A stretch of DNA of 35,516 bases from a virus. Taxonomy: Duplodnaviria; Heunggongvirae; Uroviricota; Caudoviricetes. The DNA is taken from positions 75,201-110,716 of IMG/VR virus record IMGVR_UViG_3300037504_000227; one strand, given 5' to 3'. Each line of letters begins with the position of its first letter. The stretch's first letter is position 1. The position numbers were made by a program, and so were the translations under genes. This document shows, in pieces, positions 1 to 5,946 of this stretch. Below the pieces are notes generated by a model that saw only the letters and a list, made by a program, of their open reading frames with translations, was not told the origin of the DNA and did not search any database.

Positions 1-2
1 GG

Positions 3-314
3 GGAAGACCAACGGCTCGCCTAGAAGATCAAGTGACAACCTTGGAACTAACCAGAATGGCTCATAGCAATAATGTCCCATACAACTTCGGGAGTTGGGC
101 GCTTGCAAGAATGCGCAAGTGGATTCGTCAAAATATGCCAGAAATAGAGCGCATCATTAGTTATCAGGATGCAAGCGTGCATGATGGCACGATTTACAAA
201 GCAGACAACTGGAACATGGTCTATGAGAAGCACAGCGAGCATACCTGGACTAATAGACCAAATCGGCGTGGCACAGAAAGACAACATAAAATCAAGTGGG
301 AAAGAGAACCTTAA
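3..314 (+). CDS. 5'-truncated Mom/XF1762-like (GNAT-fold) DNA modification protein, C-terminal part
   Basis: Frame is open from the window edge: GRPTARLEDQVTTLELTRM...IISYQDASVHDGTIYKADNW, resembling the Mom-like ELTR and Y.D...H.GTIYKA.NW motifs. Confidence 0.55.
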   Translation, partial: GRPTARLEDQVTTLELTRMAHSNNVPYNFGSWALARMRKWIRQNMPEIERIISYQDASVHDGTIYKADNWNMVYEKHSEHTWTNRPNRRGTERQHKIKWEREP

Positions 315-315
315 T

Positions 316-401
316 GGAGCGTGAACTTCCCGGTGGGGGAAGCCTCGGCTTGAAACCGAGTGGGTCCGCGATGGGCTGGGTTTCGATTACTCCGCGCTCC
401 T
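316..401 (+). tRNA. tRNA-Ser(TGA) with an 8/4 tRNA-Sec-like (allo-tRNA) fold
   Basis: Acceptor GGAGCGTG/CGCGCTCC (8 bp); D stem CTTCCC/GGGAAG; anticodon arm CTCGG-CTTGAAA-CCGAG; long variable arm; T arm GGGT-TTCGATT-ACTC (4 bp). Confidence 0.8.
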
Positions 402-406
402 CTCGT

Positions 407-480
407 GGTGGCTGTGGTGTAGCGGCAAACATTCGCGTCTGTGACACGCGAGATCGTCGGTTCGAATCCGACCAGTCACC
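407..480 (+). tRNA. tRNA-His(GTG)
   Basis: G-1 and C73; acceptor GTGGCTG/CAGTCAC; CGCGT-CTGTGAC-ACGCG; T loop TTCGAAT. Confidence 0.95.
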
Positions 481-487
481 CTTTCTT

Positions 488-570
488 TGGCGCGTGGCGA
501 AACTGGAAGCCGCGTTGGTCTTAGGAATCAATGGCCTAGAGCCGTGTGGGTTCGACTCCCACCGCGCCAA
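488..570 (+). tRNA. tRNA-Leu(TAG)
   Basis: TGGCGCG/CGCGCCA; TTGGT-CTTAGGA-ATCAA; long variable arm; T loop TTCGACT. Confidence 0.93.
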
Positions 571-657
571 CTGTTATCAATCGGGGCGAAAAGGCGACGG
601 CCCTGCTTGGTGCCTATTCACCAAGATAGCCCCTTTAGTTTCCTAATAGGGGGAAAA

Positions 658-861
658 GTGAGCAGAAGAAGCTGGACAGACGAGCAATTGATAGAGGAAT
701 GCAAAACATCTGTTTCTTACGCATCTGTAATGAGAAAGCTTGGGCTGAAACCAGGTGGAGGAAGCAACAGGCTTGTAAAAGACAGAGCGGTTAAAATTTA
801 TCTTTCTGGCCCCAGTAGCCCAACTGGAAAGAGGCAGTCCGGCTTAAACCCGGAAGGTTAG
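658..861 (+). pseudogene. Truncated N-terminus of a phage HNH homing endonuclease, running into tRNA-Leu(TAA)
   Basis: SD AGGGGG then GTG; RRSWTDEQLIEECKTSVSYASVMRKLGLKPGGG resembles the N-terminus of HNH genes found in phage tRNA arrays; no HNH core follows. Confidence 0.55.
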
Positions 862-887
862 AGTTTCGAATACTCTCTGGGGCACCA
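809..887 (+). tRNA. tRNA-Leu(TAA), short variable arm, CCA encoded
   Basis: GCCCCAG/CTGGGGC-A-CCA; TCCGG-CTTAAAC-CCGGA; AGAGT-TTCGAAT-ACTCT. Confidence 0.88.
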
Positions 888-888
888 T

Positions 889-963
889 GTCGGCGTGAAG
901 GGAATTGGTATACCTAGAAAATTCAAAATTTTCTGCCTGCTGGTCCGAATCCAGCCGCCGACA
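889..963 (+). tRNA. tRNA-Leu(CAA), short variable arm
   Basis: GTCGGCG/CGCCGAC; GAAAA-TTCAAAA-TTTTC; GCTGG-TCCGAAT-CCAGC. Confidence 0.85.
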
Positions 964-968
964 CTCAA

Positions 969-1054
969 GCATCGGTATGCAAATGGAGAAGCGGCTTGGC
1001 TGTAAACCAAGTGCCACAGGCTAAACATTGCAGGTTCAAATCCTGCCCGATGCA
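969..1054 (+). tRNA. tRNA-Tyr(GTA)
   Basis: GCATCGG/CCGATGC; CTTGG-CTGTAAA-CCAAG; long variable arm; T loop TTCAAAT. Confidence 0.95.
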
Positions 1055-1147
1055 CTAGACCGGTAGTTTCCAGAATGGAGCGAAGCCGATGGGCGCATGT
1101 GATAAGCATGGCCGGTCTTGTTTCTAGCACGAACTAAGGAGGACGAG

Positions 1148-1354
1148 ATGAAGCTGAGAGGTAGTATCGTAGAGTGGAGTTACGGACTTAATATGCTTGA
1201 CCAAAGCTTCGAGGTTACTGCAAGGGTGTTATGCGACAGGTTTGGGAGGATCGGAATTACACTCCCGCGTGCAACCCCAAAGGAGATGGGTGAAATAGCA
1301 GAAGCTCTGTTCCACCACGGGGAGGTTATTATTACAATCGAGAAGGCGTCTTAG
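1148..1354 (+). CDS. Hypothetical protein (68 aa)
   Basis: Strong SD AAGGAGG upstream of ATG 1148; fills the gap between tRNAs. Confidence 0.7.
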   Translation: MKLRGSIVEWSYGLNMLDQSFEVTARVLCDRFGRIGITLPRATPKEMGEIAEALFHHGEVIITIEKAS

Positions 1355-1363
1355 GAATAACAT

Positions 1364-1436
1364 GGCTCCGTAGCTCAATTGGCCGAGCAAGCGGCCTTTA
1401 ACCGCGAGGATGTGGGTTCGATTCCCGCCGGGGTCA
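1364..1436 (+). tRNA. tRNA-Lys(TTT) with C33
   Basis: GGCTCCG/CGGGGTC; GCGG-CCTTTAA-CCGC; T loop TTCGATT. Confidence 0.88.
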
Positions 1437-1439
1437 CAG

Positions 1440-1513
1440 GCACACCAAGCTCAAAGCGGTAGAGCGCCTGCCTGAAGAGCAGGAGGTAGTCGGTTCAACT
1501 CCGACGGTGTGCA
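1440..1513 (+). tRNA. tRNA-Phe(GAA)
   Basis: GCACACC/GGTGTGC; CCTGC-CTGAAGA-GCAGG; T loop TTCAACT. Confidence 0.95.
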
Positions 1514-1517
1514 CTAC

Positions 1518-1590
1518 GCCCCCATAGCTCAACAGGACAGAGCGGGAGTTTCCTAAACTCTAGATTCGGATTCGAGTTCCGATGGGGGTT
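1518..1590 (+). tRNA. tRNA-Arg(CCT)
   Basis: GCCCCCA/TGGGGGT; GGAGT-TTCCTAA-ACTCT; D loop GGA (A20). Confidence 0.92.
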
Positions 1591-1594
1591 CAAG

Positions 1595-1951
1595 ATGCTA
1601 ACTTTAGATAAGCTTAAGCAAACAGTTGAATATTTGAGGCGAAACAAGCCTCCCGATGTTTGGTATGCGCTAGACATTCATGTGCGCCCAGGAACCTGCG
1701 TCATCTGCAGAAGAAAATCAAGGTTCGTACCAGAGAAGTATTTTGTGTTGAATCCGATAGACTTCTACGCGATACCAGACAATAGAAGGGGATTGATAAA
1801 ACACATCAGTGAGTGGAAGCATGAAAGAGAAACTTGTGGAACAAAACACCCGCGACACGATTTCCGATGTGATTTGAAGAAGGGACACGATGGACCACAT
1901 CAATGTGGCGGGATTGATAACTATCTAGAGTGGGAAAACAAGGCGTCGTAG
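1595..1951 (+). CDS. Hypothetical Cys/His-rich protein
   Basis: 118-aa ORF between tRNAs; CVIC and C..C.....H...H.C motifs; its stop lies inside the 5' end of tRNA-Lys(CTT). Confidence 0.55.
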   Translation: MLTLDKLKQTVEYLRRNKPPDVWYALDIHVRPGTCVICRRKSRFVPEKYFVLNPIDFYAIPDNRRGLIKHISEWKHERETCGTKHPRHDFRCDLKKGHDGPHQCGGIDNYLEWENKAS

Positions 1952-2016
1952 TTTAACCGGTCAAAACACCTGACTCTTAATCAGCGAGACTGGAGATTCG
2001 ACTTCTCCCGACGCCA
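1942..2016 (+). tRNA. tRNA-Lys(CTT)
   Basis: GGCGTCG/CGACGCC; CTGA-CTCTTAA-TCAG; GGAGA-TTCGACT-TCTCC. Confidence 0.93.
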
Positions 2017-2021
2017 CCTAA

Positions 2022-2094
2022 GCCCTCGTCGTCTAAGAGGATAGGACATGACCCTTTCAAGGTCAAGATGCCGGATCGTTCCCGGTCGAGGGTA
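2022..2094 (+). tRNA. tRNA-Glu(TTC)
   Basis: GCCCTCG/CGAGGGT; TGACC-CTTTCAA-GGTCA; variant T loop ATCGTTC. Confidence 0.9.
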
Positions 2095-2099
2095 CTCAA

Positions 2100-2173
2100 G
2101 CGCCCGTAATTTAATCGGATGAGAATCTGCCCCTACGAAGGGCAAGGTGCCTGTTCGAGTCAGGCCGGGCGTT
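2100..2173 (+). tRNA. tRNA-Arg(ACG)
   Basis: GCGCCCG/CGGGCGT; TGCCC-CTACGAA-GGGCA; T loop TTCGAGT. Confidence 0.93.
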
Positions 2174-2177
2174 CTGC

Positions 2178-2251
2178 GAGGGATTCGCCTAGACGGTATG
2201 GCATCTGGCTTCCAACCAGAAATGAGACGGGTTCGATTCCCGTATCCCTCT
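2178..2251 (+). tRNA. tRNA-Gly(TCC)
   Basis: GAGGGAT/ATCCCTC, U73; TCTGG-CTTCCAA-CCAGA; T loop TTCGATT. Confidence 0.95.
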
Positions 2252-2257
2252 TCTCAG

Positions 2258-2330
2258 GGAGGCCTAGCTTAATGGGTAGAGCGGCAGTCTCATAAACTGT
2301 TGTGTCAAGATTCGAGTTCTTGGGCCTCCA
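2258..2330 (+). tRNA. tRNA-Met/Ile2(CAT), non-initiator
   Basis: GGAGGCC/GGCCTCC (paired 1:72); GCAGT-CTCATAA-ACTGT; no run of three G-C pairs in the anticodon stem. Confidence 0.9.
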
Positions 2331-2440
2331 CAAATGTGGATATGTAAGAATTCTCACTCGCTCGTAGAATGACGAGCGTTCGGCTTGACCGATAGAAGCC
2401 CCTTGGGGAACATTCACAAGGCGCAGGGCATGCAACAAGG

Positions 2441-2806
2441 ATGACTATGCTAAGAGCAAAGGTAGACAGGAATCACGGTCACATGCGCGACGGGCTAAGA
2501 GAGCTTGGCGCAACGGTGTCTGACACGTCTCGCCTCGGGAAAGGGTTTCCAGATCTTGTAGTAGGATGGCACGGAATCTCCCTCCCTGTAGAGGTTAAGT
2601 GCCCAGACAATCCCGGTCTGACCGACGACGAGAAGGCGTGGTGGAAAAAGTGGGAGGGAAGTGGCATTGTCGCATTCTACATAGACGATGTTTTGAAGTG
2701 GTTTCAGGGGCAGGTGGATGACAGGGGGGCGCAAGAGATCGAGGAATTGCGCGCCAATGTATTAGCAGATGAGGTTGTGAAGTACTCAAAAAACGGATGG
2801 TTGTAG
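2441..2806 (+). CDS. PD-(D/E)XK (VRR-NUC-like) nuclease, possible Holliday junction resolvase
   Basis: AKVDRN...GKGFPDLVVG...VEVK...LT.DE..W motif pattern. Confidence 0.75.
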   Translation: MTMLRAKVDRNHGHMRDGLRELGATVSDTSRLGKGFPDLVVGWHGISLPVEVKCPDNPGLTDDEKAWWKKWEGSGIVAFYIDDVLKWFQGQVDDRGAQEIEELRANVLADEVVKYSKNGWL

Positions 2807-2824
2807 CCGGATGGGGAGGTGCAC

Positions 2825-3427
2825 ATGAAACAGCCCATGCAAGTTCTTACATCGTCCGAGACGGAGGAGTGGTATACTCCTCCTAAGTACACAGACATGG
2901 CGCGAATTGCTCTGGGACACATCTACATGGACCCAGCCAGCAATGAAGTTGCGAACAGATGGATCGGCGCCCACGTCATCTTCACCAGGGAGGACGACGG
3001 TCTTGCGCAAGACTGGCAGGACACGGTTTTCCTTAATCCACCATACGGCAAGACACGGGGGTTATCAAACCAGGACATCTGGGCGACGAAGTTCGTGAGG
3101 GAGTATGCGTCCGCTAGGATACGAGCCGGCGTCATGCTTACCAAGACAGTTCCGGGGTACGCCTGGTGGGAGCGTCTGTTCAGAACGTTCCCCGTGTGCA
3201 TGGTGGAGAAGCGAATCTCGTTTCTCCAATTGGACGAAGCCGGCGAGGTTGTGGGCGAGGGTGTAGCCAAAGCCGGGTCGTCGTTTTGGTACGCAGGAGA
3301 CAACATCCGAGTGTTTGAGGGCGTGTTCCATGAAGTTGGTCGCGTGATTTACAAACCCAGCGACTGGCTTGCGCCGTCGATGTGGTGGGGGAGCAAGCGG
3401 GTGCGTAAGTTGCTGGACGAATATTGA
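2825..3427 (+). CDS. Phage-type DNA N6-adenine methyltransferase (Dam family)
   Basis: EWYTP, MDPAS and catalytic VFLNPPYG motifs; SD GGAGGT upstream of ATG 2825. Confidence 0.87.
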   Translation: MKQPMQVLTSSETEEWYTPPKYTDMARIALGHIYMDPASNEVANRWIGAHVIFTREDDGLAQDWQDTVFLNPPYGKTRGLSNQDIWATKFVREYASARIRAGVMLTKTVPGYAWWERLFRTFPVCMVEKRISFLQLDEAGEVVGEGVAKAGSSFWYAGDNIRVFEGVFHEVGRVIYKPSDWLAPSMWWGSKRVRKLLDEY

Positions 3428-3435
3428 GAGTTAAT

Positions 3436-3521
3436 GGGGTCGTGTGGTAATTGGTAGCCGGCCTGATTGCTAATCAGGTGGTCACGAGAGTGGCTTGCGA
3501 GTTCGAGTCTCGCCGGCCCCG
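3436..3521 (+). tRNA. tRNA-Ser(GCT)
   Basis: GGGGTCG/CGGCCCC, G73; CCTGA-TTGCTAA-TCAGG; long variable arm. Confidence 0.95.
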
Positions 3522-3526
3522 CCTGC

Positions 3527-3598
3527 GGCACTGTGGCCGAATGGATATGCATGCGCCTGCAAAGCGCACTTATGGGGATTCGAGTTCCCCCGGTGTCT
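3527..3598 (+). tRNA. tRNA-Cys(GCA)
   Basis: GGCACTG/CGGTGTC, U73; TGCGC-CTGCAAA-GCGCA. Confidence 0.93.
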
Positions 3599-3641
3599 CT
3601 GGATAGAAACGTATCAACATTTCAAAAAGTATATACAACTT

Positions 3642-3713
3642 GCTCCCTTGGTGTAATTGGCAGCACAATTCCCTTGTAAGGAATCAGTGTGGGATCGTTG
3701 CCCACAGGGAGCT
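3642..3713 (+). tRNA. tRNA-Thr(TGT)
   Basis: GCTCCCT/AGGGAGC; ATTCC-CTTGTAA-GGAAT; variant T loop ATCGTTG. Confidence 0.9.
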
Positions 3714-3719
3714 TAACAT

Positions 3720-3793
3720 GGACCCGTAGCTCAGTTGGTTAGAGCGCCTCTCTTACACGGAGGAGGTCGCTGGATCGAAGCCAGCCGGGTTCA
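3720..3793 (+). tRNA. tRNA-Val(TAC)
   Basis: GGACCCG/CGGGTTC; CCTCT-CTTACAC-GGAGG; variant T loop ATCGAAG. Confidence 0.92.
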
Positions 3794-3798
3794 CTAAT

Positions 3799-3870
3799 GC
3801 ACCAGTAGGCTAGTTGGCAAACCGAAACATTGGTATTGTTTAGTCCCCGGTTCGATTCCGGGCTGGTGCT
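3799..3870 (+). tRNA. tRNA-Thr(GGT)
   Basis: GCACCAG/CTGGTGC; AAACA-TTGGTAT-TGTTT; T loop TTCGATT. Confidence 0.9.
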
Positions 3871-3887
3871 CTGGAGAGAAAAGACAA

Positions 3888-3960
3888 GCCTTGGTAGCTC
3901 AGTTGGCAGAGCGCCCGTTTCGTAAGCGGGAGGCCGAGAGTTCAAATCTCTCCCTTGGCT
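3888..3960 (+). tRNA. tRNA-Thr(CGT), two U-U mismatches in the acceptor stem
   Basis: GCCTTGG/CCTTGGC; CCCGT-TTCGTAA-GCGGG; T loop TTCAAAT. Confidence 0.85.
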
Positions 3961-3965
3961 CTCAA

Positions 3966-4040
3966 GCCCCTGTATCGGCTTTGACTTCTAATCAAAGTAC
4001 CGTAAGTGGATGGATGTGGGTTCGAGTCCCACCAGGGGTG
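3966..4040 (+). tRNA. D-armless tRNA-Arg(TCT)-like RNA
   Basis: GCCCCTG/CAGGGGT; only TATCGG before CTTTGA-CTTCTAA-TCAAAG; 18-nt extra arm; GTGGG-TTCGAGT-CCCAC. Confidence 0.75.
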
Positions 4041-4056
4041 CTAGAAAGGAGAAACT

Positions 4057-4596
4057 ATGTCATCCGTTCTAATCTTGAACAAACACTATACACCAATCGG
4101 AACCACCACGCCAAAGAACGCTGTCTCTCTGATGCTCAGGGAGAGGGCAGAAAAGGCGTGGGGTGCTGGCGTGGCACGCAAGTTCAGGACTCCGTCTGGG
4201 CATTTCGAGGTTCCCAATGTGTTGCGTCTCAGATACTATGATAAGGTTCCCAAGCTGGATGCAATCTGGACTAGGTACAACGTGCTAAAAAGGGATGATT
4301 ATACCTGTGTCTACTGTGGCAGGCGTCCCGGAGGCATCATCATCGTGGATCACGAAAGAATCACTCTGAACAAAAGCGATTTTACCGTGGATCACTTAAT
4401 TCCACAGTCCAGAGGCGGCAAGGATACGTGGGGCAACACGGCTGCAAGTTGCTACTGGTGTAACCACAGGAAAGCTGACAGAACGCCAAACGAGGCTGGT
4501 ATGCCCTTGCGTTTCGAGCCAAAGATTCCAAGGACAAAGTATCTCATTGCTAGTGGGTCAATGCCGTCTGAGTGGAAGCTGTACATCAAGCTATGA
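4057..4596 (+). CDS. HNH endonuclease (McrA-like)
   Basis: RDDYTCVYCG...TVDHLIPQSRGG...CYWCNHRK; SD AAGGAG. Confidence 0.9.
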   Translation: MSSVLILNKHYTPIGTTTPKNAVSLMLRERAEKAWGAGVARKFRTPSGHFEVPNVLRLRYYDKVPKLDAIWTRYNVLKRDDYTCVYCGRRPGGIIIVDHERITLNKSDFTVDHLIPQSRGGKDTWGNTAASCYWCNHRKADRTPNEAGMPLRFEPKIPRTKYLIASGSMPSEWKLYIKL

Positions 4597-4994
4597 AAAC
4601 AGTTCTAGCAGCTCTCTTGGTTGTTACAGGCATTGCCAGTCAATATGCCCCTGGTGTGATGCAGGAAGTGATCGGTGTCCGTCAACGCATGGGTGATCTT
4701 CCACAGGATCTTCCAGAGGCCGATTGCTACGTTGCACGTCCATATGACGAAGTGGGACAAGTCGTATACATTCGCCCCGTTGGACAATCAGAATGGAAGA
4801 AATGTCTGGTTGTTGACTGTGGCGGTGTAGCTGATGGGGGCAGACAGTGGATGCTCTCAGGGAATGTTCTTGTTGAGGTTGACTATCAACTTGCACAGAA
4901 GTGGGATACAGTTGGTCGCGCTATTGACATAGAGATGCTAACAGAACAACAGTGGAGGTTCCTGAATGCAGGACCAAGACACGAGACGCACTGA
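4593..4994 (+). CDS. Secreted RlpA/DPBB-like putative lytic transglycosylase
   Basis: ATGA overlap with the HNH stop; hydrophobic N-terminus; GIASQY...VVDCGG...EVDY pattern resembles the DPBB fold. Confidence 0.5.
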   Translation: MKTVLAALLVVTGIASQYAPGVMQEVIGVRQRMGDLPQDLPEADCYVARPYDEVGQVVYIRPVGQSEWKKCLVVDCGGVADGGRQWMLSGNVLVEVDYQLAQKWDTVGRAIDIEMLTEQQWRFLNAGPRHETH

Positions 4995-5151
4995 CTGGCA
5001 TACAGTTGACGACGCACTTAGGAGATACAGAAACCTCGCCCTATCCTTTCGACGTGGTGGACTGGGCGAGGACTACGAATTAGCCAAGGAAGCCTTGGAA
5101 GCCCTAGAACGAATTAGGAATCCGAAGCTTGGAATTCTTCAAAAGTCTTAA
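4966..5151 (+). CDS. Hypothetical protein
   Basis: SD GGAGG 7 nt before ATG; last gene of the + block. Confidence 0.55.
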   Translation: MQDQDTRRTDWHTVDDALRRYRNLALSFRRGGLGEDYELAKEALEALERIRNPKLGILQKS

Positions 5152-5503
5152 TTCTGTGTCTGTTATTCACCCACTCTTTACGTTGCGCTTGAAACTCCTC
5201 TTCTGAAAACTCATTGGAATACATTCGTGCTTGAGCAATTGTCCCCCTGTCTATCCCAAGCCATCCCCAAGTTGACATAAGCCACTCTCTTAGATCTTCT
5301 TCATTGTTGAAGCTGGGCGCTGGAATGTGTGGTTTGTCTGGATACAAGTACGGAGTAATAACTGCTCCAGAAACCCCTTTTGCATAGTATATTTTTCTGT
5401 TTGGGTGTGGTGGGCGGCGCGAGATAACCATTACAGCAATGAACTTGATTGGCTTGCCTTTGAAAATCTTTCTGCGAGCCTCACGATACCAGTTTTTCTC
5501 CAT
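5114..5503 (-). CDS. Hypothetical protein
   Basis: 129-aa ORF with a purine-rich SD, following dut. Confidence 0.7.
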   Translation of the reverse strand: MEKNWYREARRKIFKGKPIKFIAVMVISRRPPHPNRKIYYAKGVSGAVITPYLYPDKPHIPAPSFNNEEDLREWLMSTWGWLGIDRGTIAQARMYSNEFSEEEFQAQRKEWVNNRHRIKTFEEFQASDS

Positions 5504-5514
5504 ATCTCTCTCCC

Positions 5515-5946
5515 CTATCTAGCCCCAGTTGAGCCAAATCCTCCCTGACCTCTCTCAGACTTATCGAGATCGTCAACCTCAACGATCTCAGGCCGATACA
5601 CACGCCTGATTGCCATCTGAGCAATCCGATCCCCTTTCTTAACCTCGAAGCACGCAGGCCCAAGATTGCAAAGCACTACACAGATCTCACCCCTGTACCC
5701 AGCATCTATTGTGCCCGGAGAATTCAAGACTGTAATCCCGTGCTTTGCTGCCAAACCACTACGCGGGCGAATTTGAGCCTCATAATCAGGGGGAAGCTGA
5801 ATCGCAATTCCAGTTCTGACAAGTTCTGCATCATCTTTCCAGACAGATACATCCTCTACGCTTCTCAGATCCATACAGGCATCCAGCGGATTCTGAAACT
5901 CTGGCAGTTGAGCGTCTGGATGTAGCTTCTTAACGTAGATTCTCAT
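5515..5946 (-). CDS. dut: Trimeric dUTPase
   Basis: Motifs ACMDL, RPRSG, GTIDAGYRGEI, GDRIAQ, RGQGGFGSTG; ATGA overlap with the RNR stop. Confidence 0.97.
   Translation of the reverse strand: MRIYVKKLHPDAQLPEFQNPLDACMDLRSVEDVSVWKDDAELVRTGIAIQLPPDYEAQIRPRSGLAAKHGITVLNSPGTIDAGYRGEICVVLCNLGPACFEVKKGDRIAQMAIRRVYRPEIVEVDDLDKSERGQGGFGSTGAR

Noticed and set aside
349-355. Reading the TGA in the first tRNA as an opal suppressor or Sec tRNA
   Set aside because: Anticodon 5'-UGA-3' reads UCA (Ser); a suppressor would need UCA. TGA ends many coupled genes here.
583-633. tmRNA 5' end (GGGGCGAAAAGG..CGACGG)
   Set aside because: No matching T-arm/CCA 3' end, tag ORF or tmRNA-scale length nearby.
917-933. 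tRNA at 889 read as anticodon TCA (Sec/suppressor)
   Set aside because: The stem GAAAA/TTTTC fixes the 7-nt loop as TTCAAAA, giving anticodon CAA.
292-1130. Track ORFs overlapping the tRNAs (292-570, 296-646, 858-1130, 2160-2438, 3891-4241)
   Set aside because: They run through well-formed tRNA genes and lack SD sites or recognisable domains.
571-1140. Theta/HDV-like ribozymes in tRNA 3' trailers
   Set aside because: I could not build the nested P1/P2/P3/P1.1 pseudoknot with a J4/2 cytosine by eye. A covariance search would be decisive.
1344-1354. GGCGTCTTAG resembling the 5' end of tRNA-Lys(CTT), with both flanking ORFs ending in KAS
   Set aside because: Only about 10 nt of similarity and no further tRNA structure; may be chance.
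2441-3427. Nuclease plus Dam as a restriction-modification pair
   Set aside because: The nuclease is a small VRR-NUC/resolvase type common in phages, and phage Dam genes are usually orphans.
3599-3641. AT-rich spacer as an internal promoter or NrdR box
   Set aside because: No convincing -35/-10 spacing or palindrome.
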